DNA of 64,000 bases, from IMG/VR virus record IMGVR_UViG_3300033070_001371, positions 32,001 through 96,000 of that record. The stretch is one strand, 5' to 3'. This DNA comes from a virus. Its lineage: Duplodnaviria > Caudoviricetes. Of the stretch, positions 10,393-19,003 are shown piece after piece (within the stretch, counting starts at the first letter, position 1; each line of letters begins with the position of its first letter). Under the pieces are notes generated by a model that was not told the DNA's origin, searched no databases, and saw only the letters and a program-made list of their open reading frames with translations. A program made the position numbers and the translations under genes.

Positions 10393-11526
10393 CTAAACGT
10401 TCGTCTCGCCCTTTCGTCGGGCACGCTTCTCGATCTCAGCCCGACCTTGCTCGCAGTGCGCGGAGAACCCGCAGAAGCTGCACTGCCAGCCCGTCTCGGC
10501 CTTGGGCGCGCCAGTGTCGACGAGCCCGAGCTTGAGCGCGGTGCGGTTCAGAAACTGCCGCAGCCACGGGAACATCGTGCGAACGATCTCGTCGCGAGTC
10601 CATGCGCCCGGCTTGCCGTCGAAGCGCGGGAACCAGTCGACCTTCGGTTCGCCGATGTAGTGGATGCCGGACTGCACGCCCTGCACCCACGGGAAGTTCA
10701 CCAGTGCGAGCGCCATGTACGCGTAGAACTGCGTCGAGTGCTCGCCGATCGGCTTCTTCTTGCCCGACTTGTGGTCGAGCACGATCAGGAAGTCATCGCC
10801 AGTGCGCATCGCGTGATCGACAACACCGCGCAGTAACGGCTTCATCGCGATGCCGCCTTCGATCACGTCGTTCGGCGTGGCAGGCGAAACGGGTCCCGGC
10901 GCCTTGGGATCGGCGACCGGCGGAAACGCCGCGAGGCGCAGCGTCGAAGCGCCCACTTCGACAACCTCGAACGCGCCCTTGAGTGCGCCTTTCGGCACGA
11001 CGACGTAGGCGGCGCGAGCGGTGAGCCCGACGATGTCTTCGGGTGTCTGGTCGACCAACTCGACGAGGTCATCACCGAGCCAGCGCAGCTCTCCGTGCCA
11101 GATGTCTGGCGGAGTGTCCGCCGTGACCTTGAAGGGCACGGCTTCGTGCGTCGGCGAGATCGCGAGTTGGTGCTCGATGAACTCGTGGGTGACGCCGTTG
11201 TTCTCCTTGAAGACGGTGATCCGATCGAGGAAGTCCTGGATCGCCGACATCTTCGCAGAGCAGGTAATCAGCTCTTCACGAGCCAGTTCGTGGACTTCAC
11301 CCTGCTCACGCATCACAGCGTGCAGGTCAATGCCGGGCGTACGCAGCCCTGCCTCGATGACGGCGTGCGCGACGACGCCGACGCGAGAGGAGTCACTCTT
11401 CTTCCCCTCGATGAGCTTCTCCACGTACTTGTGAAGGTACTGCTTGCCGCAGAGGTTCAGCACGCCGACCTTGGAGACCGACCAAGGCGCGTGCTTCAAC
11501 ACGATCTCGTTGTACTCGTTCGCCAT
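10393..11526 (-). CDS. PD-(D/E)XK nuclease, Cas4/AddB-like with Cys staple
   Basis: WSVSK..C..Y, G..H, RGVVD, VLDHKSGK, QFYAY, C-terminal CSFC..C. Confidence 0.82.
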   Translation of the reverse strand: MANEYNEIVLKHAPWSVSKVGVLNLCGKQYLHKYVEKLIEGKKSDSSRVGVVAHAVIEAGLRTPGIDLHAVMREQGEVHELAREELITCSAKMSAIQDFLDRITVFKENNGVTHEFIEHQLAISPTHEAVPFKVTADTPPDIWHGELRWLGDDLVELVDQTPEDIVGLTARAAYVVVPKGALKGAFEVVEVGASTLRLAAFPPVADPKAPGPVSPATPNDVIEGGIAMKPLLRGVVDHAMRTGDDFLIVLDHKSGKKKPIGEHSTQFYAYMALALVNFPWVQGVQSGIHYIGEPKVDWFPRFDGKPGAWTRDEIVRTMFPWLRQFLNRTALKLGLVDTGAPKAETGWQCSFCGFSAHCEQGRAEIEKRARRKGETNV

Positions 11527-11623
11527 GGAACACTCCGTCAGGCCAAAGAAACGGTAGGAAGAGAACGGCCCACGCCCCCGCCGCCTTTACGCGGTACAGG
11601 AGCGCGGGCCGTGCAGCAGCGAA

Positions 11624-12802
11624 CTACAGGTTGTTCTTGCTGACGTCCTTCGTACCGCTCGGGCCCGTCGGAGCGGCAGCCGAAGCGCCCGCGTTCTTCA
11701 GCAGCGCGTCCATGTCAGACGCGCTCCCGGCGTTCGCGGAAACCTTGGGCTCCGTGGTGTAGATCGCGTACATTTGCGGCAGGTAGACCTCGTAGTCGAC
11801 CTGACGCACGAGCGCGTCCAGCAGCGCCTGTTCTTCCGCTGAAGGGTCGGCCACGTCCGTCGCGATCGACGCCGTGAGCTCGAACCAGCGGTCGGTGCCC
11901 AGCTTGGCCTCCTTGGCCTCCAGCTCGAAGGCGTGCTCGTAGTACGCCGTCCACGGGCGGGTCTTCTTCTTGATCGCAGCGGAGCCGGGTTTGATCGACT
12001 TGCCGTGAATCACGAAGCGGTACACGCCCGAGAAGTCCGAGAGAACGAAGTAGACGTGGTCCTCGTTGCGGCACGCGTCCTTGGTGTTCGGCTTGCCGTC
12101 CTTGAACGGACGGTGCGCGCACGCCTCGCACGAACCGAAGTAGTCGCCGCGCTTGCGATCGAGCGAGCGGCAGATCGGCATGTTCGAGCGCATCTCGACG
12201 CCCGCCGGGAGGTTGCCCGAGCGCGGCGGCCAGAACGTGTGCGCCTCGTGCACGCCGATCACGAAGCCCGTCACCGTGGTGCCGAGCTTGGCGTGCTTCG
12301 GGTTGTGCTTGAGGTTCGCGAGCGCGTCCTTCGGCGCCGCGAGGATACGGCCGTCGGTGGTGTAGATGCCGCCCTGCGGGCAGTCGCTGGGGCGAAGCTC
12401 ATCGGTGCCCGTGCCGTGGAACATGCGCATCTCAGGCAGGCGGAACTCCTGCCGCGTGGTGTGCTGTCCGGCCTTGACCGGATTCATCCGCGCGAGAGCG
12501 GCGGCGAACGCCGCGCGCTTCGCCTCGGACAAGTTGGCGAGCGCCGCCTGGATCTCGCCGGACTTGGGCGGCGCGACCTGCTCCACGTAGGCGGCCAACT
12601 GCGGCAGCGCCTCGCTGTAGCGCTTGGTCAGCGCGTGCGTCGGCACGTCGACGACGACCTCCGAAGAAGTGGTCGTCGCGAGCTCCGTCGAGGGGGCGGT
12701 CGGAGCCTCCGGCGTAGGAGCCGAAGCGGAAGCCGGCGTCGCAGGTGCGACGGCGGCGGGGTTCTGCGTGTTCTGCTTGTTCTGCTTGTTGTTGTTGGAC
12801 AC
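11624..12802 (-). CDS. Putative ssDNA-binding/recombination protein (Cys-containing)
   Basis: First gene of the replication operon, AAGGAG RBS, CRSLD..CEAC..C motif, low-complexity termini; function inferred from context only. Confidence 0.5.
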   Translation of the reverse strand: MSNNNKQNKQNTQNPAAVAPATPASASAPTPEAPTAPSTELATTTSSEVVVDVPTHALTKRYSEALPQLAAYVEQVAPPKSGEIQAALANLSEAKRAAFAAALARMNPVKAGQHTTRQEFRLPEMRMFHGTGTDELRPSDCPQGGIYTTDGRILAAPKDALANLKHNPKHAKLGTTVTGFVIGVHEAHTFWPPRSGNLPAGVEMRSNMPICRSLDRKRGDYFGSCEACAHRPFKDGKPNTKDACRNEDHVYFVLSDFSGVYRFVIHGKSIKPGSAAIKKKTRPWTAYYEHAFELEAKEAKLGTDRWFELTASIATDVADPSAEEQALLDALVRQVDYEVYLPQMYAIYTTEPKVSANAGSASDMDALLKNAGASAAAPTGPSGTKDVSKNNL

Positions 12803-12818
12803 GGTGTTCTCCTTGTCG

Positions 12819-12872
12819 ATGTGACCGAAACGCTAGTCACATCGGGCTATTGGTTTACCCTGTGACTAGCGT
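12819..12872. promoter_or_regulatory. Divergent control region with a 12-bp perfect inverted repeat
   Basis: ACGCTAGTCACA (12830-12841) and TGTGACTAGCGT (12861-12872); each arm gives an outward-facing TAGCGT. Second IR ATGTGAC/GTCACAT at 12819-12842. Confidence 0.65.
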
Positions 12873-12892
12873 CATGTAAAGGTTTCAGAAGG

Positions 12893-13717
12893 ATGGCTAA
12901 GACGAACAACCCGCTGCTAGACCTGCACTTCCGTGATGTCGGAACGCACCCGATTCGGTCGTCGAAAGAGGAGTACGATCTCTTTACGGCGTACCAAGAG
13001 GCGCGTACTCGCGCAGAGTTGTCGGCGAGTCCGAGCGAGCGGGAAAGGTTTCAAGCGAAGTGCGACAAGCTGCGCAACGAGATCGCGAGCGGCTACTACC
13101 GCTTCGTGATCAAACGCGCAAAACACAGGTCGCACGACGAAACGCTGTTCGCTGAGTTGATCTCCGCCGGCTACGAAGGGCTGCTCCATGCGATCACGCT
13201 GTTCGATCCCAAGCGCGGCAACCGCTTCCTGACGTACGCAGCGAGCTGGATCAACGTGAAGATGCAGGAAGCTACGTATCGCGTGCGTACGGTGCATGTG
13301 CCGAACCACACACGCAAAGAGATGCGACGCACGCGCGTTGAGAACGAGCGCAAACAAGCGCTCGGCGAGCACGTCGAACACTTCGAGGAACCGTCAATCG
13401 CGTCGATCGACAACGTAGTTATCGTCGACGAAAACATCGACGTCGAAGCCGATGTACAGCGCCAACGCGTTGACCCGCTGGCGCTGCTGGCGCAGGCGCA
13501 GCTGACGCGGGTCGAACGGTTGGTGCTGATCTACGCGTTTGGGCTGCGCGGTGGCGAACCTAAAGACGCGCGGACGATCGGGCAAATCCTGTACGAGATC
13601 GACGGCTCGCAGATGACGGAGCCGCGCGTAGAAGAAGTTCAGATCCGCGCCCTAGCACGCCTGCGAGCTCACCTCTCCGAAGAGGAGATCATGAGCTTCG
13701 CAGACGTGCTGGGGTGA
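12893..13717 (+). CDS. Sigma70-family RNA polymerase sigma factor
   Basis: Region 1.2-like LDLHFRDV..EEYDL, region 2 LISAGYEGLLHAITLFDPKRGNRFLTYAASWI, region 4 LTRVERLVL..FGL..IG..RV..VQ.RAL..LR. Confidence 0.88.
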   Translation: MAKTNNPLLDLHFRDVGTHPIRSSKEEYDLFTAYQEARTRAELSASPSERERFQAKCDKLRNEIASGYYRFVIKRAKHRSHDETLFAELISAGYEGLLHAITLFDPKRGNRFLTYAASWINVKMQEATYRVRTVHVPNHTRKEMRRTRVENERKQALGEHVEHFEEPSIASIDNVVIVDENIDVEADVQRQRVDPLALLAQAQLTRVERLVLIYAFGLRGGEPKDARTIGQILYEIDGSQMTEPRVEEVQIRALARLRAHLSEEEIMSFADVLG

Positions 13718-13722
13718 GTGGG

Positions 13723-14775
13723 CTACTCCTCGCCCTCGGGCAGCGCCGGCAGGTCGGCGAGCCCGGCGGCTTGGGCGAGGCCGTCGCGACGACCCTTCTC
13801 GTACGCCACGGTCTCCGGCTTGGCCTTGTCACTGGCCTTGAGCTTCGCGAAGCGCGCGTTCGAGAAGTTGTAAAAGGCCACGAGATCGGTCTTGCTGATG
13901 GGCTTGAGGTCCTTCGCCACGACCTCGTCGGGCAGCTTGACGGAGCGCCCGCCGGTCTTGGCGCTGCCCTTGCCCTTGTCGTCCGTGGCCTTCTGCTTGT
14001 TGAGCCACTTCTCGATCACGAACTTCAGGTACTTCGGCTCCATCTCTTCGTCGGTCGCCTGCTGCGCGAACGCGACCTGCATCTCCATGTCGGTCACGCG
14101 TCGAAGCTCGCGCACCACCGACGGTGCATAGCTCTTGAACGGCTCCTTGGCTCCCTCGCGGACCATCTTCTGGACGCGCTCGTCGAGCTTGCCGATCGCG
14201 AGCACCTGCGAGACGTTGCCCTCGGAGACCGAGAGCACTTCCTTGAGCTCAGACTGCTTGAGCCCGTTGGCCATCAAGTTCTGGAAGTAGGTGAACTTGT
14301 CCCAGAACGTCATCTGGTCGCGCTTGAGGTTCTCTTGGCCCGCGAGGACGAGGTACTCCTTGAGGTCCTTGATCTCCTTCGCCTTGCAAGTGATCTCCTT
14401 GAGCCCGGCCTGGATCGAGCCCTCGCGGCGGCGGCGCCCAGCAGCGATGAGCCAGACTTCTTTGCCGGTCTTCTTGTTGCGCGCGTAGGTCACGCACGGG
14501 TCCTGGATCAGGCCGTCCTTCTTGATCGACGCGACGAACTCCTCGTCGACCAAGGCCGGCGCCGAGCGTGCGTCGACCTTGCTCACCGCGATCTCCTTGG
14601 GGCTGATCTTGATGGAGCCAGTCGCCGCGACCTCGGCAGGCAGCGGCAGGAACTCGTACTCGAAACCGAGCGGGTTGGTCGCCCTCTCAGCGGCGGCGGC
14701 CGACCCGGACGGGTCGGACGACTTGGACTTGGCTTTCGCCTTGGGGGTGGTGTTCTCCGTGGTCTCCGTAGTCAT
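13723..14775 (-). CDS. parB: ParB/Spo0J-like protein
   Basis: FVASIKKDGLIQDP, IAAGRRR (GxxR), ENLKRDQM, HTH LKQSELKEVLSVSEGNVSQ; start MTTETT after AAGGAG. Confidence 0.82.
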   Translation of the reverse strand: MTTETTENTTPKAKAKSKSSDPSGSAAAAERATNPLGFEYEFLPLPAEVAATGSIKISPKEIAVSKVDARSAPALVDEEFVASIKKDGLIQDPCVTYARNKKTGKEVWLIAAGRRRREGSIQAGLKEITCKAKEIKDLKEYLVLAGQENLKRDQMTFWDKFTYFQNLMANGLKQSELKEVLSVSEGNVSQVLAIGKLDERVQKMVREGAKEPFKSYAPSVVRELRRVTDMEMQVAFAQQATDEEMEPKYLKFVIEKWLNKQKATDDKGKGSAKTGGRSVKLPDEVVAKDLKPISKTDLVAFYNFSNARFAKLKASDKAKPETVAYEKGRRDGLAQAAGLADLPALPEGEE

Positions 14776-15133
14776 CTTGGTCTCCTTGGTCTGTGGTCTC
14801 AGGGTCCTCGAATAGGACCAGCTCGCCGCGCAGGATCTTTCGGATCGCTGTGACGGCGACGCGCTTGTTGATGAGGGTGATCGGCAGCTCGCCGACCGCG
14901 CCACCTTCGAGAAGATGGCGGTAACACGCCCACAGCTCAACTGCAACAGCTACCTCAGCATGAGGCGACGTGAAGTAGGCTGTGAACAGGTAGTTGACGA
15001 CGCGCTGGTGATACCGGGCGTCGTAAAGGATGTGCGACTCAGTCGTCAGCGCTCGAACGGCAACGTGCCGCAGTTCGGACACCGACGAGAGCGCGTCGCG
15101 GTTTCGAGAATTGGAACGTCGCACGTGGGACAC
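14687..15133 (-). CDS. Hypothetical protein (start uncertain, 3' end overlaps parB)
   Basis: Fills the operon gap with protein-like sequence; no good start codon or RBS. Confidence 0.35.
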   Translation of the reverse strand: MSHVRRSNSRNRDALSSVSELRHVAVRALTTESHILYDARYHQRVVNYLFTAYFTSPHAEVAVAVELWACYRHLLEGGAVGELPITLINKRVAVTAIRKILRGELVLFEDPETTDQGDQDDYGDHGEHHPQGESQVQVVRPVRVGRRR

Positions 15134-15237
15134 CGTTCGAGGTTTGCCACGTCAGCCGTACGCCGTAAAGGCTTGGCTTCGATCTCTTCTACCGCGTCCG
15201 CGTCTAGATTCGTGACAACGCCGTACTTCTCACCCAT
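15046..15237 (-). CDS. Small zinc-ribbon protein
   Basis: 63 aa, CPTC..CPNC, GGAG RBS. Confidence 0.6.
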   Translation of the reverse strand: MGEKYGVVTNLDADAVEEIEAKPLRRTADVANLERCPTCDVPILETATRSRRCPNCGTLPFER

Positions 15238-15417
15238 GGATACTTCTCCGTCAGGCAACCCGGACACGCGAGAAAGACGCGGCCGGTTGACGAAAAGCAC
15301 ACTAACCCCCAACCGCGCGCATCGCCAGGAGCTCGCGCGCCGCAGTCGGCGCACGTCAACTCAGGGTCAGGCAAGGAAGGAACGTTCGACAGTGGCGCGG
15401 CCGTCCGGTACGGCACG

Positions 15418-16233
15418 TCAGTCGCGCCCCCGGCATTGACCGTAGTAATTGCACCACTTGGGTGTGCACTTCCACGAGTCGAACGACGCCATCAAAAAGA
15501 AGCCCTTCTTAATGGCGTCGACCGTTTGCTCATAGTCTTCGATCAAGTTGCGGTGCTCGCGCGCGCCGCGCGTAGTAGACAGCCGGTGCAACGCAGGAGT
15601 CTTGGTGTTGACGAGGTTGTCGATGCGCCCGTGAGGCAGGCGCTTGACGGCAGTGTAGAGCGAGAGCTGCGGATCGTTCTTGACGTCACCCTCAGACCAC
15701 TTCGCTGCCGAAGTCTTCAGATCAGCGACGACGAGGCGCCCCGGGTCTGCCGGTTCGCTCTTCTCCAGGTCGACGAGGTCGATCACACCGCGCACGGTGA
15801 CAGTGCCGACCTTCACGACGAACGGCTCTTCGATCTCGATAGGTGTGACTTTCGATAGCCCCTCCGCGTGGTAGACGCGGTAAAGCCGGAGAGCTACGTC
15901 CTTGACCTTGCCAGGTTCTTCGTCACCCCACGTCTCGACCGCCTCCTTAGCTTTGTCGAAGGCGTCGGCGGCGACGGCAAGCTGGACGTCGAGGGCGGGC
16001 GCTGCACCGTGCTGTTGTTTGTGGCGGAGCGCAGTCTCGACGGCCGCGTGGATCGCGGTGCCGCGCGCCATCTGGGGGCCCGGCGGCGTCCGCTGTTCCT
16101 TGATGTACTTGTACTCGTACGCCCGCCCGCAGCTCTTGTACGTCTCGTACTGCGAATGCGAGAACGCGCCGCCCGGCAGCCCGGAATCGACAAGCTCTGG
16201 CGGGATGACAGGTAGATAGCGTTTCTCGCTCAT
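15418..16233 (-). CDS. Second PD-(D/E)XK Cas4/AddB-like nuclease
   Basis: FSHSQ..C..Y.Y, GTAIH, IEE, RGVIDL, VADLKTS, QLSLY, C..WC..C. Confidence 0.85.
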   Translation of the reverse strand: MSEKRYLPVIPPELVDSGLPGGAFSHSQYETYKSCGRAYEYKYIKEQRTPPGPQMARGTAIHAAVETALRHKQQHGAAPALDVQLAVAADAFDKAKEAVETWGDEEPGKVKDVALRLYRVYHAEGLSKVTPIEIEEPFVVKVGTVTVRGVIDLVDLEKSEPADPGRLVVADLKTSAAKWSEGDVKNDPQLSLYTAVKRLPHGRIDNLVNTKTPALHRLSTTRGAREHRNLIEDYEQTVDAIKKGFFLMASFDSWKCTPKWCNYYGQCRGRD

Positions 16234-16931
16234 TCGTCCTCCACGTGGCCTTCCGGCCGAATAGGATCGTCTGCGGAATCAGTGGCGTAGTGCGGACCCT
16301 CCTCTGCCCGCGCCTGAGATCGAGCCAAGATGTCGTCGAAGACGGCACGGTCTTCGGGCGCCATCTCGTTTGGGTCAACGATCAACGAGCTGTCCGTCTG
16401 CACGACGGGCGGACGACGCACAGGTGGCGAGACATAGTCATCTACCAGCTCCTCCGCACCCTTTTCGGAGCCGCCGTACGCCGGTACGACAGCTGCCGCC
16501 ATCGGCATGTGAGGGTGTTGCCCCGCGATCATGAGCGCAGGCGAAGACGCAGCCTGCTTATCGAGGACTCGATGCTTAGGGGCGGGCGGAATCAGTTGCG
16601 GCGGAGCCACCGGCCGAAACATGTCGTTCTTCTTCGGCGGAGTCGGCGATGGGGCCGGACGGGGCGCGGGACGAGACACAGGCGCCGCCTGCGCCTGACC
16701 CGTAGCGCGCTGCGTGGGAGCCGCTGGGCGCTGGACAGGCGGAGGCGCCGCAGGTTCTGGCGGCGCCGTGTCCATGTTCTTGACGAGCACGAGCAGCTCG
16801 ATCTTGCCAGGCTCAGTGCTCTCGTTCTTGAACACGAAGTTCTCGTATTCCGGCGCGACAACGAAACCCTTGGTCTGCATGTAAACGGCCAGCGCCTTGA
16901 TGACGTCGCCGTGTTCGAGTTCCATACGCAT
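16230..16931 (-). CDS. Hypothetical Pro-rich protein
   Basis: Coupled to both neighbours by stop/start overlaps. Confidence 0.65.
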   Translation of the reverse strand: MRMELEHGDVIKALAVYMQTKGFVVAPEYENFVFKNESTEPGKIELLVLVKNMDTAPPEPAAPPPVQRPAAPTQRATGQAQAAPVSRPAPRPAPSPTPPKKNDMFRPVAPPQLIPPAPKHRVLDKQAASSPALMIAGQHPHMPMAAAVVPAYGGSEKGAEELVDDYVSPPVRRPPVVQTDSSLIVDPNEMAPEDRAVFDDILARSQARAEEGPHYATDSADDPIRPEGHVEDE

Positions 16932-18976
16932 TACTCAATGACCTCCACGTCGGCGACGGGGCGCGCGACGTTCGCAGCGTACTTGCACTTCGCCCGAAAG
17001 GGGAGGATCTCGTCGCGCGCGCAGGTCGTTTGCCGGTCGCACCCCGCGCACGCAATCAGGTCAGTCAGGGTCAGCGTGATGCTCTCCTTGAAGAGCAGGA
17101 CCTGCGCGACGTAGCGATCGAGACCCCACGACGCGTCTGAGGTGAGCAGGCGGTAGACCGTCATCGCCCGGTGCTGGCCTGGGCGGTTGTTGCGGTCCTG
17201 TGCCTGCCGGTATTGGAGCGGGTCCCACGGCAGCGAGTAGAAGATCGTGTAATTCGCAGCTGTGAGCGTGATGCCGATGCCGGTGCTGACCTGCCCGATG
17301 TAGACACGGCACTTCGGGTTGTCCTGAAAACGGTCGATGCGCTTCTGGCGCGCGAGCGTCTGGCCATCGACGCGCACGTAGTCGATGCCGAGGGCCTTGG
17401 TCGCGGCTTCGAGGTCGTCGAGCTCCTCGGTCAGGTTCGCCCAGACGATGATCTTGTTGGTCTCGTCCGTCTCCAGGATCAGCGCGAGCTGCTCCTTGAA
17501 GAGGTCGAGCTTGGGGTTCTCGATGTCGCGCAGCACGCGGCGCTCAGGCGTCGACTGCACGACCTCACACTTCTTGGTGTACGGGCGGATCTTCGCCGCA
17601 ACGCACGCATCCATGCGCGGGCACGCGTCGCAGATCGAGTAGTCGGCGCCCTGGATCACGAAGCCAGAGAGGACCTGGAGCATCTTGTTGACGCGCGTCG
17701 CGCCGTGCGGGAGGCGCACAGACTGACGCTGCGCCGCGAACTCCTCGGTGACGCGCGACGGCTCGGCGTAGAGCAGCTCCGGCGTCACAGACATCGCCAT
17801 CTCCATAACGAGCTCGTTGTAGCGGGCACGCTGCGCGACGCCGAGGTCGAAGTGCAGGTCGACGGTCGTGACCGGTGGCAAGTCGAGGCAGTCGGCCTTC
17901 TTCATGCGGAGCGCAACGCTGCGGAAGCGCTCGTTGAGCTCGTTGAGGAAACGGAAGCCAACGACAACGTGCTTGTTCTTCGGCGAGTAGACGACGTGGT
18001 GCTCCTCGAACTTGTGGTACGGGAGCGGCACGAGCGCCGGGGAGAGGAAGTAGAGCTGGCCGTAGAGCTTGCGCGGGTCGTCGCCGGGCGTGCCGCTCAG
18101 GCAGTAGCGGCGCACGGCCTTGGCTGACAGCTCGATCGCGGCCTGGGTCTGCCCCGAGGCCCAGTTGCCGAGGTAGTGACTCTCGTCCGCGACGATCGTG
18201 TCGTAGTCGAGGTTATAGAGCGGGTGGGACGCCGCGCGACGTAGCCGCGCTTCGGCCTCAGCGGTGAGAGGCGCGAGCTTGTAGCGCTCGCGCTGCGCGG
18301 GGGTGATCGCGAGCTCGCGCTCGGCGTCTGTCGCAGCCTCGCGCTCCATGCGCACGCGGGTGTATGACGCAAGCACGACGTCGGCGGTCTGCGCCGCCGC
18401 CTCGGCCTCGGGCGTGCCATCCCAGATGACGGCATTCCACGCGCCGCGCGAACAACGTACGACCTCGCGGGCCCAGGACTCCAGCACGACGGGCGGCCCA
18501 AGGATGAGCGCCCGACGGAACGCGCCCTGCGCGCGAAGCACGCGAAAAGCGTCGATCGCAGTGCGCGTTTTCCCGGTGCCCATGTCCCAGTCGAGGAACG
18601 AGCGCCACCAGTGGACCAGTCTCGCAATTCCCAGACGCTGGTGGATGTACGGCGTAAAGCCAGGGGTGAAGAAGTCATCACCAACAGGAAGAGGTGCCGG
18701 CGCGCGGGCCGTCCACGCAGCTTCGGCGGCAGCCCAGGCTTTGTCGGCAGCACGGACAGCAGCCAGATGATCGCGCGCAGCGTCATCCCAAGGTGCCTGG
18801 GGCATGAGCTTGCGCAAGTCCTCGAAGACCCACTTCGCAAACGGGAAGTAGGCTGGAAACAGCCACGCGCTGTCAGCGTGCACGCCGCCCCACGCGCGTG
18901 CGAGGAACGACTGCTCGGAGGCGGCGACGCGAAACACAGGGATAGCCTTTCTGAGAAGGGTGCCCGTTACGAGCAT
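16931..18976 (-). CDS. SNF2-family helicase/ATPase
   Basis: YIHQ, DMGTGKT, ADESH, LSGTP, KIIVWA, GIGITL, QAQDRNNRPGQ. Confidence 0.9.
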   Translation of the reverse strand: MLVTGTLLRKAIPVFRVAASEQSFLARAWGGVHADSAWLFPAYFPFAKWVFEDLRKLMPQAPWDDAARDHLAAVRAADKAWAAAEAAWTARAPAPLPVGDDFFTPGFTPYIHQRLGIARLVHWWRSFLDWDMGTGKTRTAIDAFRVLRAQGAFRRALILGPPVVLESWAREVVRCSRGAWNAVIWDGTPEAEAAAQTADVVLASYTRVRMEREAATDAERELAITPAQRERYKLAPLTAEAEARLRRAASHPLYNLDYDTIVADESHYLGNWASGQTQAAIELSAKAVRRYCLSGTPGDDPRKLYGQLYFLSPALVPLPYHKFEEHHVVYSPKNKHVVVGFRFLNELNERFRSVALRMKKADCLDLPPVTTVDLHFDLGVAQRARYNELVMEMAMSVTPELLYAEPSRVTEEFAAQRQSVRLPHGATRVNKMLQVLSGFVIQGADYSICDACPRMDACVAAKIRPYTKKCEVVQSTPERRVLRDIENPKLDLFKEQLALILETDETNKIIVWANLTEELDDLEAATKALGIDYVRVDGQTLARQKRIDRFQDNPKCRVYIGQVSTGIGITLTAANYTIFYSLPWDPLQYRQAQDRNNRPGQHRAMTVYRLLTSDASWGLDRYVAQVLLFKESITLTLTDLIACAGCDRQTTCARDEILPFRAKCKYAANVARPVADVEVIE

Positions 18977-19003
18977 GTGTTACTCCTTTCGGTTGGAGAC
19001 GAG

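Noticed and set aside
15238-15417. Possible tRNA or ncRNA in the largest intergenic gap
   Set aside because: No cloverleaf or recognisable structured-RNA signature by eye; a covariance-model search would be needed.
10393-16233. CRISPR-Cas system suggested by Cas4-like genes
   Set aside because: No repeat-spacer array or other cas genes; such nucleases are common in phage replication modules.
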